A stretch of DNA of 64,000 nucleotides from Myxococcota bacterium (GCA_965223705.1 OZ245015.1:4448001-4512000), one strand, 5' to 3'; shown: positions 41,029 through 51,554, counted from the first letter of the stretch. A program made the numbers and translations. The notes: a model not told the origin generated them from the letters alone.

Positions 41029-42138
41029 TTGCGCAACGGAATTCGCGTCGTCGACACCGACACCCATCAGATGGAACCGAACTCCATCTGGACCGACTAT
41101 ATCGATCCGGAATTTCGCGACCGTGCGCCGCGGCGCGAGAAATTCGATGGCAACATGACGATCGTCGTCGAAGGCGAAAGCATCGTCTCCGAAGGCAAAT
41201 ACCCGATGTCGCCTCCCGAGTTCCTCGCGGCGGTCGATCGCGCGATGGAGCGCTTCAAACGCGCACAAGAGCACAAATACAGTCCCGATACGCGAATCTG
41301 GGACATGGACGACCTCGGCGTCGACGTCCAAATCATCTACCCGACGCGCGGCGGACAGATTCTCGGGAAACCGTTTCGCGATCCCGAACTTCTCGCTGCC
41401 TGCTGCCGGGCCTACAACGATTGGACCCGCGAGTTCTGCAGCACTTACCCCGAGCGTTTGCGCTGGGCTGCCATGCTCCCCCTCCAGGACCCCGCTCTCT
41501 CCATCGAAGAAGCGAAACGCGCGGCCGCGAACGGGTGCGTCTCGTTTTATGTGCGGCCGAACCCTACGGAGGGACGCAACCTGTACCACGCGGACTACGA
41601 TCCGCTGTGGTCGGCGATCGAAGATCTGGGCCTGCCGATTTGTCTTCACGACTCCGGCTCACCGAAACTTCCCTCCTACGGGGACCGGATGGAGAGCCAT
41701 GTGACCGGTCACATCATCGCGCATCCTTTCGAAGCGATGGTCGCGATGATGAGCCTCATCTGGTACGGCGTGCTCGAGCGACACCCGCGCTTGAAAGTCG
41801 TTCACGTCGAGGCGGATGCCGGTTGGTTGCCGTATTGGTTGCAGCGCATGGAGCAACACTGGGATTTCTCCGGCAATGCCGAACATCCCGAAATGAAGAT
41901 CCGACCGACGGAGTACTTCAAGCGACAAGTGTGGGTCGCGGCCCGAGGCGACGAGATGACCCTGCCGGCAGCGGTCGAGCTCGTCGGCGACAAGAACATC
42001 CTGTTCAACACGGACTATCCCCACCCCGACGGCACGTTTCCGTGGGGCTTCGACAAGTTCGACGATCAACCGCTCACAGACGAGACGAAGCGCAAGATCC
42101 TGTGGGACAACGCCGCCGACGCGTTCTCGCTCGACTAG
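41029..42138 (+). CDS. Amidohydrolase_2 family protein
   Basis: VDTDTHQME, YNDW, LH, VEADAGW, TDYPHPD. Confidence 0.9.
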   Translation: MRNGIRVVDTDTHQMEPNSIWTDYIDPEFRDRAPRREKFDGNMTIVVEGESIVSEGKYPMSPPEFLAAVDRAMERFKRAQEHKYSPDTRIWDMDDLGVDVQIIYPTRGGQILGKPFRDPELLAACCRAYNDWTREFCSTYPERLRWAAMLPLQDPALSIEEAKRAAANGCVSFYVRPNPTEGRNLYHADYDPLWSAIEDLGLPICLHDSGSPKLPSYGDRMESHVTGHIIAHPFEAMVAMMSLIWYGVLERHPRLKVVHVEADAGWLPYWLQRMEQHWDFSGNAEHPEMKIRPTEYFKRQVWVAARGDEMTLPAAVELVGDKNILFNTDYPHPDGTFPWGFDKFDDQPLTDETKRKILWDNAADAFSLD

Positions 42139-43016
42139 GGCTCGAGCCCGCCTCCGAGCGACGCGCGTCGGGCGAACAGCTCTTGCGAGAGCGTGCGCGC
42201 CGCTCCGTGAATGCGTGGAAGTCGCCGCGCGTCTTCGTGGATCAGGACCCACATGTCCCGTTCGCCGGAGCGCAAGGAGCCGGGGTACCGGACGAGTCCC
42301 TCGACGGGATCCCCGATACAGCACGCCATCGCGACGAACCCGCAGCCCTTCGCGGCGAAGCTGAGTGCCACGGTGTGGTTCGGGACCTGCAAGGCTTCCG
42401 GAACGCCTGCCCAGAACGCGTCTCCCGAACGATCCCAGACATACGATTCGCCGGGCCAGCTGATCCAAGTCGCCGGCTCGACATCATCGACGGCTCGCGC
42501 GACGCGCTCGGGGCTTCCGTAGACCGCCGTCGACAGCGGGCCGATACGACGCCCGACAGCCGAGAGAGGCGGATCACGGGTGATTCGAATCGCGATGTCG
42601 GTCTCGTGGTCGGCGATGTTGCGCTCGTCGTCCGAAGTCTCGACGCGAAAGACGAGATCCTCGTGGCGAGCCATCGCCGTACGTAGCGCGGGTGCGATAA
42701 CGCCCGCGAAGCCGTCGCCGGGCAGAGAGATCTCCACCCAATCGCGGGTGCGCTCCGCGAGTCGCAGGGCCACGGCCTCCGTCTCGCGCTCCATGCGCTC
42801 GCTTAGCGCCAGGAGCTCCTCTCCCGCCGGGGTTATGGAATAACCGTGGCTGCGGCGTTCGAACAGCAGGACATCGAGCTCGTCCTCCAGCTCCCGGATG
42901 GCTCGGTAGATCGTGGCTGCGTGGACACCCAGCGTCTTCGCCGCTTCTCGAGCAGACCCGGCCCTGTGAACGGCCAAGAGAACCTTCAAACTCGACCAAT
43001 CGAATTGTCCCGCCAC
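42135..43016 (-). CDS. LysR family transcriptional regulator
   Basis: N-terminal HTH (AAKTLGVHAATIYRAIRELE..LFER..TPAGE); DIAIR. Confidence 0.92.
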   Translation of the reverse strand: MAGQFDWSSLKVLLAVHRAGSAREAAKTLGVHAATIYRAIRELEDELDVLLFERRSHGYSITPAGEELLALSERMERETEAVALRLAERTRDWVEISLPGDGFAGVIAPALRTAMARHEDLVFRVETSDDERNIADHETDIAIRITRDPPLSAVGRRIGPLSTAVYGSPERVARAVDDVEPATWISWPGESYVWDRSGDAFWAGVPEALQVPNHTVALSFAAKGCGFVAMACCIGDPVEGLVRYPGSLRSGERDMWVLIHEDARRLPRIHGAARTLSQELFARRASLGGGLEP

Positions 43017-43164
43017 CGAAGCCTCGCGTGTCGCGTTTTCGCGCGATGTGGGGAGAGACTATGCATTTTTGCACGCGCCCACTGCAAAGAACCGTATTCA
43101 CCCGCCGCGACAACCCCTGCACACTGAAGTCTCTGGATGGGGATTCACCCCTGGGAGCCGGACT

Positions 43165-43863
43165 GTGCACCTGTCTCGAATCGCTTTTGTTTTCAGTAGT
43201 TTATGGATCTTCGGCGGAGCCGCGTGGGCGGTCCAAGTCACGAGTTTTGAGGTCAACGGCGCGGCGGCGGAGCCGATCTTCTCGGGCGTCGCGCTGCTAC
43301 CGGAGAGTCAGCTGCCCCCGCTCCCCCCTGGCGTCGACCCGGCCAGCGCCCAGTCGAGCGGCCCGATCAGCGGTTTCGCCATTCCGTTCCCCGACGGGAG
43401 CAACGCTCTGTTCGTGAGTGCAGGAGGCTTCGCGGCGATCGGAGCGCCGGATTTCATCGCCGCGAGCGACGGTGGCATCTGGAACGTCGCGTTTCCCAGC
43501 GAGCTGTCCTTCGCGAACCCCGTCAGCGAGGTCAGCTTCTCGTTCACGGCGATTCTCGGAGGCATGACTCCCGGAGACGTCACCGCGGAAGCCTTCGATA
43601 GCAACGGGGTCTCCCAAGGCAGTACGGGCCCCGGAACGCTTACGCTGGATGGCATGGGCGTCGGTCCCGAGGGCTTCGTCAGCCTGACCGGGTCGATCTC
43701 GAGTGTGGTCTTCATGCCAAACGTCCAGCCGGCGCCCGGCGAGGGTTGGGCGATCGATTTCGTGTCAGCCGAAACCGCGATGCCCATCCCAGAGCCCGGC
43801 GCCGCGCTCCTCTTCGGGATCGGCACCTGGTGGGTGGCGGGCCGGCGCCGCAACCGGCGCTAA
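43165..43863 (+). CDS. PEP-CTERM sorting-domain protein
   Basis: Signal peptide; C-terminal PIPEPGAALLFGIGTWWVAGRRRNRR. Confidence 0.85.
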   Translation: MHLSRIAFVFSSLWIFGGAAWAVQVTSFEVNGAAAEPIFSGVALLPESQLPPLPPGVDPASAQSSGPISGFAIPFPDGSNALFVSAGGFAAIGAPDFIAASDGGIWNVAFPSELSFANPVSEVSFSFTAILGGMTPGDVTAEAFDSNGVSQGSTGPGTLTLDGMGVGPEGFVSLTGSISSVVFMPNVQPAPGEGWAIDFVSAETAMPIPEPGAALLFGIGTWWVAGRRRNRR

Positions 43864-43909
43864 CCCGTGTGAAACGGCGGTCCGTCGGGATCGCCGTTTC
43901 TTCGATCCA

Positions 43910-43933
43910 ATATATAAGTTATTGTTTATATAT
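43910..43933. promoter_or_regulatory. Probable ArsR operator (AT-rich inverted repeat)
   Basis: ATATATAA-N8-TTATATAT, overlapping the ArsR ATG in an otherwise GC-rich window. Confidence 0.7.
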
Positions 43934-44240
43934 GTCGACGATGGGCGCCATCGCAGAACCGATGAGGCGCGAAATCCTTCGCCTCGTATGGGACCGCGAG
44001 CGATCCGTGAGCGAGCTGGTCGACGCCTTCGACGTCACGCAACCGGCGATCTCGTTTCATCTGCGGGTCTTGCGCGACGAAGGGCTCGTCCGCGTCCGCC
44101 GGGAGGGCCGCCGGCGGTACTACCGCGCCGAACCCGAGGCGCTCGGCGACCTCGCCGCCTACCTGGAGAATTTCTGGAACGATCGGCTGAACCGTCTCAG
44201 CGACATGCTGTTGCTGAAGGCGCGCCGCCAAGGGCGCTGA
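43932..44240 (+). CDS. ArsR/SmtB family regulator
   Basis: AIAEPMRREILRL..SVSEL..QPAISFHLRVLRDEGLV..GRRRYY. Confidence 0.92.
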   Translation: MSTMGAIAEPMRREILRLVWDRERSVSELVDAFDVTQPAISFHLRVLRDEGLVRVRREGRRRYYRAEPEALGDLAAYLENFWNDRLNRLSDMLLLKARRQGR

Positions 44241-44265
44241 AGACCGCGCCACGAAGGAGAAGACG

Positions 44266-44973
44266 ATGCAATCCCCTCGAGTTGTTTCCCACGAGCAGTG
44301 GATCGAAGCCCGAAGAGAACTTCTCGCGAAGGAGAAGGAGTACTCGCGCTTGCGCGATGAACTCACGGCGAAGCGGCAGGAGCTCCCGTGGGAGAAGGTC
44401 GAAAAAGATTACACCTTCGACAGCGCCGCCGGCCCCGTCGGGCTGGGCGACCTCTTCGAGGGGCGCAGCCAGCTCATCGTCTACCACTTTATGTTCGGTC
44501 CCGATTGGGAAGAGGGCTGCAAGATCTGTTCGATGTGCGCGGACCACTACGCGCCGCTCGACGTTCATCTCAGGCATCGCGACGTCACCATGGTGACCGT
44601 CTCTCGGGCCCCTTTGGCATCCATCGAGGCCTATAAGAAACGCATGGGTTGGGACTTCAACTGGGTGTCGTCGTTGGGAAGCGACTTCAACTGGGACTAC
44701 TTCGTCTCGTTTACACCGGAGCAACAAGAGCAGAGCGCGATGTATTACAACTACCGGCAAGGGAGCTTCCCGAGTACCGAGGCCCCCGGAATCAGCGCTT
44801 TCGCGAAAGACGAAGCCGGTGACGTCTTCCACACCTACTCCTCCTATGCGCGGGGATTGGAGTGGTTCCTCGGCATCTACAACTTGCTCGACATCGTTCC
44901 CAAGGGTCGTGACGAAGCCGACCTCCCGTACCCGATGGAGTGGGTTCGCCACCGCGATCGCTACGATCCGTAG
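44266..44973 (+). CDS. DUF899 thioredoxin-like protein
   Basis: RQELPW, LFEGRSQLIVYHFMFGPDW..GCKICS, HTYSSYARG, PKGRDE. Confidence 0.92.
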   Translation: MQSPRVVSHEQWIEARRELLAKEKEYSRLRDELTAKRQELPWEKVEKDYTFDSAAGPVGLGDLFEGRSQLIVYHFMFGPDWEEGCKICSMCADHYAPLDVHLRHRDVTMVTVSRAPLASIEAYKKRMGWDFNWVSSLGSDFNWDYFVSFTPEQQEQSAMYYNYRQGSFPSTEAPGISAFAKDEAGDVFHTYSSYARGLEWFLGIYNLLDIVPKGRDEADLPYPMEWVRHRDRYDP

Positions 44974-45009
44974 TTCTGTGCGGTAGCCTCGGTCCGAGGA
45001 GGCCGCCGC

Positions 45010-46179
45010 ATGCAACTCTCGGAAGAAACCCAGATGCTCCAGGAGCTCGTCGAGAAGTTCGTGGAGAACGAGTTGATGCCGCTCGAGCCCCGTGTGCTCG
45101 AACGCGAAGCGCGGGGAGAGCGCCCCCTCATAAGCGCCGCAGAAACCGAGGCGCTTCACAGCCGCTGCAAAGAAATCGGCCTGTTCGGCCTCGATGTTCC
45201 GGAAGAGCTCGGCGGTGCCAACCTCGGGCCGGTGTCGAAAGTCGCGGTGGGCGAAGTCCTGCGCCGCTGCGTCGTGCCGTTCGTGTTCCCACCGGACTCT
45301 CCGAATCTCCACATGATGCTCGCCACGGTGAACGAAGCGCAGCGAGAGCGGTACTTGGATCCTTACGCACGAGGCGAGACGACTTCGGCGATCGCCATCT
45401 CGGAACCCGGCGCCGGAGCCGACCCCGCAAGTATGACGACCCGCGCCGTTCGCGACGGGGACGACTGGGTGATCAACGGTCGAAAAATCTGGGTCAGTCG
45501 AATCGCCAACGCGGATTTCTCCATCGTCATGGCGTTGACCGATCCCGAAAAACGGGCGCGGGGCGGGATTACGGCGTTTCTGATCGATCGCGACACGCCT
45601 GGAATGAAGATCAGCGAGCCGTACTTGATGCTCGGAGGCCACACGACCTTCGAAGTCGTCTTCGACGATTGCCGTGTCCCCGACTCCCAGGTGCTCGGCG
45701 AGATCGGCGGCGGTTTCGGGCCGATGCAGCTGCGCCTCACCGTGCGAAGGCTCGAAATGGGCGCTTCTTGTGTCGGAATCGCCGAGCGCGCCCTCGCGAT
45801 GATGACCGCTCATGCGAACGAGCGGGTGACGTTTGGGACTCCGTTGTCCGACCGCCAAGCCGTCCAGTGGTGGATCGCCGACGCCGCGACGCGTATCCAC
45901 GCAACCCGCCTGATGGTCTACGACGCCGCCGAGAAAGTCGAGCGCGGAGAGGAGGTGCGCGTGGAGGCCTCGATGATCAAAGTGTTCGCCACCGAGATGG
46001 CGACCGAAGTCGTCGACCACGCCATGCAGGCGTTTGGGGCGATGGGCATCACGAAGGAACACCCTCTTCAACTGTTCGCCCAACAAGTCCGTGCCATGCG
46101 CGTATACGAAGGGCCGACCGAGGTTCACCGCTGGGTCATCGCGCGGCGCTTGCTTCGCGACGCCCCGAAGCCTCGCTAG
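45010..46179 (+). CDS. Acyl-CoA dehydrogenase
   Basis: ISEPGAGAD, NGRKIW, FGAMG, RVYEGPTEVHR. Confidence 0.94.
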   Translation: MQLSEETQMLQELVEKFVENELMPLEPRVLEREARGERPLISAAETEALHSRCKEIGLFGLDVPEELGGANLGPVSKVAVGEVLRRCVVPFVFPPDSPNLHMMLATVNEAQRERYLDPYARGETTSAIAISEPGAGADPASMTTRAVRDGDDWVINGRKIWVSRIANADFSIVMALTDPEKRARGGITAFLIDRDTPGMKISEPYLMLGGHTTFEVVFDDCRVPDSQVLGEIGGGFGPMQLRLTVRRLEMGASCVGIAERALAMMTAHANERVTFGTPLSDRQAVQWWIADAATRIHATRLMVYDAAEKVERGEEVRVEASMIKVFATEMATEVVDHAMQAFGAMGITKEHPLQLFAQQVRAMRVYEGPTEVHRWVIARRLLRDAPKPR

Positions 46180-46222
46180 GCCATCACCGTGATAGGCTTG
46201 AGCTCTGGACACAGGGGGCCGC

Positions 46223-47731
46223 ATGGCCGAACAGCACGCGAATGGCGTTTGTGAGCTGACAATTGCCGAGATTCATCGCCGATTCGCCGCGGGTGAGCTC
46301 TCCGCGGAAGGCCTGACCGACGCGTACCTCCGGAGGATCGCGGCCTACGATCAACAGGGCGCCATGCTGAACGCGGTCGTGACGTTGAATCCCGCCGCGC
46401 GAGATGATGCGCGTCGCCTCGATGCGACTCGTTCGCAGTCCGGCGAACTGTCGGGCTCCCTCCACGGGATCCCGATTCTCGTCAAAGACAACATCGAGAC
46501 GGGAGGTATCGCCACGAGCTTCGGCAGTGCGGCCTTCGCTGAGTACATCCCCCAACAGGATGCGACGGCGATCCGGAAGCTTCGCGATGCCGGCGCGATC
46601 ATCTTGGGTAAGACCGCCATGCCCGACTTCGCGACGTCGTGGTGGGGCTATTCATCGCGCGCCGGTGAGACGCGCAACCCCTACGATCTCGCACACGACC
46701 CGGGTGGATCGAGCTCCGGCACCGGCGCTTCCATCGCGGCGAACTTCGCAACGGTGGGACTCGGGACAGATTGTGGCGGATCGATCCGCTTGCCGTCGTC
46801 GTTCGACAATTTGGTCGGCGTGCGCTGCACGCCGGGCTTGATCAGTCGAACGGGCCTCGCCCAGCTGGTCTATCAGCAAGACACCATCGGCCCGATGGCG
46901 CGCTGTGTCGAAGACGCCGCGCGCGTCTTCGATGTGCTGGTCGGGTTTGATCCGACCGACGATCTCACGACGACCTATCTGACCGCACGAGCACCGGACA
47001 GCTACCTCGGCGCCCTCAAGAGCGGAAGCTTACGCGGGGCGCGGTTGGGCCTGGTCGGGAACGTCATGGGATCGCCCCACGACGAGGGCGCGGCGGTCAA
47101 TGCGGTGATTCGCGAGTCCCTCGACGCAGCGGAAAAAGAGGGTGCGACTGTCGTCGAAATCGAGCTCGCGAATCTCGAGCAACACATTCTCGCGACGTCG
47201 CTCTACCAGAATTGTTCGAAGCACGACATCAACGCTTTCCTCGCGTCCCGACCCGACGCGCCCATGCGATCCCTCCAACAGATCTACGACGCCAAGGCCT
47301 ACCACCCGATGCTCGACCTTTTGGAGGGTTGTGTATTCGGTCCGGAGCTGCCGGAACACGACCCCATGTATCACCGGCGTCTCGCCGCGCGGGAAGAGTT
47401 CGCGCGCAGCGTGCTCCTGCAGATGGGAGCACTCGAACTCGATGCGCTGGTGTACCCCACCGTACGGGTCCCATCGCCCTCGCGCGAGGAGCTCAACGCC
47501 AAGCGGTGGACGACGCTCGAGTTTCCGACGAACACGCTCATCGCGGCGCAGACGTGGATGCCCGCAATGAGCGTGCCGGTGGGCTTTACCGAAAACGGAC
47601 TTCCGGTGGGCCTCGAGATCGTGGCGAAACCCTACGCCGAGGAGCAGCTGTTCGCGTTGGGCTACGGGATCGAGCAAGCCACCTGCGCCAGGCGCACTCC
47701 GCAAGCGACGCCCGAGCTCCCGGACGCCTAG
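46223..47731 (+). CDS. Amidase signature family protein
   Basis: LHGIPILVKDNI, PGGSSSGT, GTDCGGSIRLPS. Confidence 0.93.
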   Translation: MAEQHANGVCELTIAEIHRRFAAGELSAEGLTDAYLRRIAAYDQQGAMLNAVVTLNPAARDDARRLDATRSQSGELSGSLHGIPILVKDNIETGGIATSFGSAAFAEYIPQQDATAIRKLRDAGAIILGKTAMPDFATSWWGYSSRAGETRNPYDLAHDPGGSSSGTGASIAANFATVGLGTDCGGSIRLPSSFDNLVGVRCTPGLISRTGLAQLVYQQDTIGPMARCVEDAARVFDVLVGFDPTDDLTTTYLTARAPDSYLGALKSGSLRGARLGLVGNVMGSPHDEGAAVNAVIRESLDAAEKEGATVVEIELANLEQHILATSLYQNCSKHDINAFLASRPDAPMRSLQQIYDAKAYHPMLDLLEGCVFGPELPEHDPMYHRRLAAREEFARSVLLQMGALELDALVYPTVRVPSPSREELNAKRWTTLEFPTNTLIAAQTWMPAMSVPVGFTENGLPVGLEIVAKPYAEEQLFALGYGIEQATCARRTPQATPELPDA

Positions 47732-49179
47732 TCTTCCCGCGCGAGCAGCTCCCGGACGCGTTCGATGTACGGCTCTTTGTCGTAAAGCGAAAAGTACGCA
47801 GACGCCATGCGCTCCGGGGGCCCGAAGAAGAAGCGCTCATACAAGGCTTGACGGTTGCCGAAGCCCGAGACCGCCACGTCCTGGGCGAGGCGAAACAGAG
47901 CGACGCGATCTCGGGACTCGAGATGCGCGAGCTGGAAGTAGCGCTCGACGTCTTCGGCGATGGGTCCCTCGAAATCGCGCTCACAAGGCGTCGCCATCAA
48001 CGAACTCGAACCCAAGAGCTGCACGAGCTCGACGAGCCTGGGGTACATCTGCGGAAAGACGTTTCGAGCCGTATCGAGCGGCCGCCGAAGCGGCGTCATC
48101 GTTCCCCACTCATCGGGCGCCGCGTCGACTTCGGCCACTCGTAGGAACGCGCGCATGCTCTCTGCGATCCACATGGCCTCTGCGACCAACCCTTGCACGC
48201 GGGGATCCTGGTCGCGTTCACTCGCGCGCACCATGGCGCAGAGGAGCCCGACGATGAACTCCGCCTTCGCGAGGTTCTTGCACACGACCTGATGCATCAT
48301 GTGAACGACGGCGCTGGTCTTTGCGTAGGCCTCGTTGCAGAGCAACGGATCGTCGTACAGGAAAACCCGCTCCCAAGGGACGAGAACGTCGTCGAAGATG
48401 ACGACGGAATCCATTTCCTCGAACCGCGAGGACAGGGGGGCGTCGAAGACCGATCGGCCCGTGTCGTAGCTGTCGCGGCAGATGTAGCGCATGCCTTCCG
48501 TCGCGTTGGGGAGGGCGAAGGCCAAGGCGTAAGGTTTCGATTCGGGCGCCGCTTTGAGGATGGTCGAAGGAAAGACCGCTATTTCGTCCGACAGGGGGCC
48601 CAACGTCGCGAGGAGTCGCGCACCGCGCACGATCAATCCGGCGTCGGTTTCTCGGACCACCCGCAGCGCGACGTCTTCGCTCGGGTGGCCGTCGGCCGTC
48701 AATCGACGATTGACCTGAGGATTTACAAGTGTGTGCGTGAGCACGAGGTCGTTGTCACGGATGTACTCGTAGTAGCGGACGACGTTGTCGCCGAATCCCT
48801 CCCGACATCGATCGAAGAGTTTCGAGGCCGACGCAAACGCCGTGAACGAAGCGTTCAAATAATCCGGGGTACGCCCGAACATGCCGTGGCTGTAGCGAGC
48901 CCATTCTCCGTAGGCGGCTCCGCGCCGCGCGACGTCGTCGGTGGTCGCCGGCTGCAGGAAAGACATCGCGAAACGCTCGCCGGAACGGCCGGGCCCCTCG
49001 TACGTCAAGACGTCGCGCAGCGCTTCGTCGTGTTGCCGATCGAGCAAGCGCGCGAGCGATTCGGCGCCGCGGCGAAGCCTCGGATCTCGCGTGACGTCAT
49101 CGACGCGCTCTCCTTCGATCCAAACCTCGCGTCCGTCGCGAAGGCCTTTGAGATACGCCGCCCCGGTTCTCACGCCCAC
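47728..49179 (-). CDS. hpaB: 4-hydroxyphenylacetate 3-monooxygenase, oxygenase component
   Basis: RTGAAYLKGLRD, GRTPDYLN, HTLVNPQ, GARLLAT, RFEEMD, RQALYERFFFG. Confidence 0.92.
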   Translation of the reverse strand: MGVRTGAAYLKGLRDGREVWIEGERVDDVTRDPRLRRGAESLARLLDRQHDEALRDVLTYEGPGRSGERFAMSFLQPATTDDVARRGAAYGEWARYSHGMFGRTPDYLNASFTAFASASKLFDRCREGFGDNVVRYYEYIRDNDLVLTHTLVNPQVNRRLTADGHPSEDVALRVVRETDAGLIVRGARLLATLGPLSDEIAVFPSTILKAAPESKPYALAFALPNATEGMRYICRDSYDTGRSVFDAPLSSRFEEMDSVVIFDDVLVPWERVFLYDDPLLCNEAYAKTSAVVHMMHQVVCKNLAKAEFIVGLLCAMVRASERDQDPRVQGLVAEAMWIAESMRAFLRVAEVDAAPDEWGTMTPLRRPLDTARNVFPQMYPRLVELVQLLGSSSLMATPCERDFEGPIAEDVERYFQLAHLESRDRVALFRLAQDVAVSGFGNRQALYERFFFGPPERMASAYFSLYDKEPYIERVRELLARED

Positions 49180-49188
49180 TTGCGCCTC

Positions 49189-50040
49189 CTATCCAGCATC
49201 CGGAAGGGCGAAATCGACATTGCACTGCCCCGTTCCGCTGCTTCCGAAATAGTCGCCGACGAGCTCTCCGCGCCCGCGGTAAGCGTCCCAACCGAGAGCG
49301 CCGAAGAGTGTCGCGGTATCCGCCATCCCCACTTCGCCGAAGCACCGCTCGGCGTATTCCGGCAACATCGCGATGAAAGCGCCGTGATCACCGGCTTCCC
49401 ACAATTCTAAGACCCGGAGGTCCACCTGCCGGTTGAACTCCGTGTTGACCGTGTTGAGGCCTCCGGCGGACTCTCGGTTGGGCCAGAACTGGTGAGACAA
49501 CGACCCCGACGCGAGCAGAGCCACGCGACGCTCGGAACGGTCGCAAGCCGCGCGAAGCGACTCCCCAAAGGTTCGGTGCTCCTCGATGGAGGCGTAGGCG
49601 TTCGCCGCCACGCACAACACGCGGGCGCGCGCCTCGGGGTTCATATGGCGCATCGGAATCAGCGTGCCGTATTCGAAACCCAGGCCCGGGTCGCGGTGGG
49701 CGATCGCTCGCAGCCCCCGCTCTTCCGCGGCGGCCACGGCGTCGTCCGCGAGCTCGGGATCACCCGCGTAGCGGTACTCGAGACCCGAGAGCATGTGGGG
49801 CAGTTCGGGGCTCGTAAAGACACCCGCGTTTTCGGCGTTCGCGTTCGCGTGAAAACCCTGATTCACCACCCAGTGGACGTCGACGACGACGAACGTTTCT
49901 ACCCGGCGCCGTGACGCTCGTTGCCCGAGCTCCCGGAGTCCGGCAATCGCTCCGTCGCGAATTCCGCGATGCTCCGGAGCGTGCTCGGACAGCCAGATCG
50001 ACGGCACGTGGGTCACCTTCGACGCCATCACCAACGGCAT
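49189..50040 (-). CDS. hpaD: 3,4-dihydroxyphenylacetate 2,3-dioxygenase (LigB-like)
   Basis: KVTHVPS, DVHW, ELPH, EYGTLIPM, ASGSLSH, YFGSSGTGQ; ATG overlaps the hpaE stop. Confidence 0.92.
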   Translation of the reverse strand: MPLVMASKVTHVPSIWLSEHAPEHRGIRDGAIAGLRELGQRASRRRVETFVVVDVHWVVNQGFHANANAENAGVFTSPELPHMLSGLEYRYAGDPELADDAVAAAEERGLRAIAHRDPGLGFEYGTLIPMRHMNPEARARVLCVAANAYASIEEHRTFGESLRAACDRSERRVALLASGSLSHQFWPNRESAGGLNTVNTEFNRQVDLRVLELWEAGDHGAFIAMLPEYAERCFGEVGMADTATLFGALGWDAYRGRGELVGDYFGSSGTGQCNVDFALPDAG

Positions 50041-51554
50041 CAAGTCGCTCCCAGGGTCGGGACGCGATGGTCCCCCAGTGCGACACAGACGTTCTTGGTC
50101 TCCGTGTAAAAATCGAAGCTGTAGTCTCCGCCGTCTCGGCCGATACCCGAAGCTTTCATCCCGCCAAAGGGTGAGGGAAGGTGGCGATTGTTTTCAGAGT
50201 TGAGCCACACCATTCCGACGTCGAGATCTCGCGCGATGCGGTGCGCGCGCTCGAGATCGCGCGTCCAGACGTAGCCGGCGAGCCCGTAGCGAGAGGCATT
50301 CGCGATCCGCAGCGCTTCGGCTTCGTCGTCGAAGGGAATGACCGTGAGCACCGGTCCGAAGATCTCTTCTTGAGCGATTCGCATGTCCGACTGCGCGTCG
50401 AGCAGCACGGTGGGACGGACATAGAGTTCGCCCGGTGCCGTTCCGGATGCCGTGTAGACGCGCGCACCTTCCTCTTCGGCGAGTTCTAGGTAGCTCCGCA
50501 CTTTGCTGCAGTGCTCGCGATGAATCAAAGGGCCGACTTCCGTCGCTGGATCGAGTGGGTGGCCCACGCGGATGTTGTCGATGCGCGACGCGAGCGCGCG
50601 CGTAAATTTCTCGTGCACGGAACGCTCGATCAACAAGCGGCTGCTCGAGGTACAGCGCTCGCCGTTGAGGCTGAAGATCATGAAGATCACGGCGTCGAGC
50701 GCGCGCTCGAAGTCCGCGTCCTCGAACACCACGACCGGATTCTTTCCCCCGAGTTCGAAGTGGACGCGTTTTAGCGTTTTGCTCCCCTGTGCCATGATCG
50801 CGCTTCCGGTGGCGGACTCTCCGACAAACGCGATCGCTTGGATCGCGGGGTCTTCCGTCAGCGCCTTTCCCGCTTCTTCACCCAACCCGTGAACAGTATT
50901 CAGGACACCCGCCGGCAGCCCTGCCTCATGAGCGATCTCCGCCAACAAGACGGCAGAGAGCGGACTCCATTCAGCGGGCTTGTGCACGACGGTGCAGCCG
51001 GCGGCGAGGGCGGGCGCGATCTTCCATGTCGATAACATGAACGGGGTGTTCCACGGCGTGATCACGGCCACGGGACCGATTGGCTGACGGAGCGTGTAAT
51101 TCAGATGTTGGGCAGCGGGCAGTGCCTGCCCGTCGCGCACTTGCTCGGCGCGCGCGGCAAAGAAGCGGAAGTTGTCGGCGCTTCGCGCGGCCGCCTTGCT
51201 CATAAACCGGAGCGGTTGACCCGTATCGCTCGATTCCACAAGTGCGATCTCTTCCGCGCGGGTTTCGATCGCGTCGGCGATCGCCTCGAGGACTCCGCGC
51301 CTTTCTGCGGGCGGCCGTCGAGACCAATCGACAAAAGCCGCTTCTGCTGCGGCCGACGCCCGTGCGACGAGAGTCGAATCGGCCAGGGGCACCTGACCGA
51401 GATCGCTACCGTCGATCGGCGACGTATTGGCAACGGTTCCCGACGTGATTCGCTCCGCCTCACCTGCGATGATGTGGGGCAGGGTTCCGCCGCGGAAACG
51501 GGCCAGCACCTGCTCCGCCAGAGCCCGGTTTTCTTCGAATGTTTTCGCGCTCAT
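50040..51554 (-). CDS. hpaE: 5-carboxymethyl-2-hydroxymuconate semialdehyde dehydrogenase
   Basis: ITPWNTPFMLSTWK, FELGGK, SLNGERCTSSSR, EEIFGP; hpa context. Confidence 0.93.
   Translation of the reverse strand: MSAKTFEENRALAEQVLARFRGGTLPHIIAGEAERITSGTVANTSPIDGSDLGQVPLADSTLVARASAAAEAAFVDWSRRPPAERRGVLEAIADAIETRAEEIALVESSDTGQPLRFMSKAAARSADNFRFFAARAEQVRDGQALPAAQHLNYTLRQPIGPVAVITPWNTPFMLSTWKIAPALAAGCTVVHKPAEWSPLSAVLLAEIAHEAGLPAGVLNTVHGLGEEAGKALTEDPAIQAIAFVGESATGSAIMAQGSKTLKRVHFELGGKNPVVVFEDADFERALDAVIFMIFSLNGERCTSSSRLLIERSVHEKFTRALASRIDNIRVGHPLDPATEVGPLIHREHCSKVRSYLELAEEEGARVYTASGTAPGELYVRPTVLLDAQSDMRIAQEEIFGPVLTVIPFDDEAEALRIANASRYGLAGYVWTRDLERAHRIARDLDVGMVWLNSENNRHLPSPFGGMKASGIGRDGGDYSFDFYTETKNVCVALGDHRVPTLGAT

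Noticed and set aside
44197..46224. Long antisense ORFs (this 675-aa one; also 12157-13845, 16040-17545, 25604-27400)
   Set aside because: They mirror well-supported genes on the other strand, as expected at high GC.
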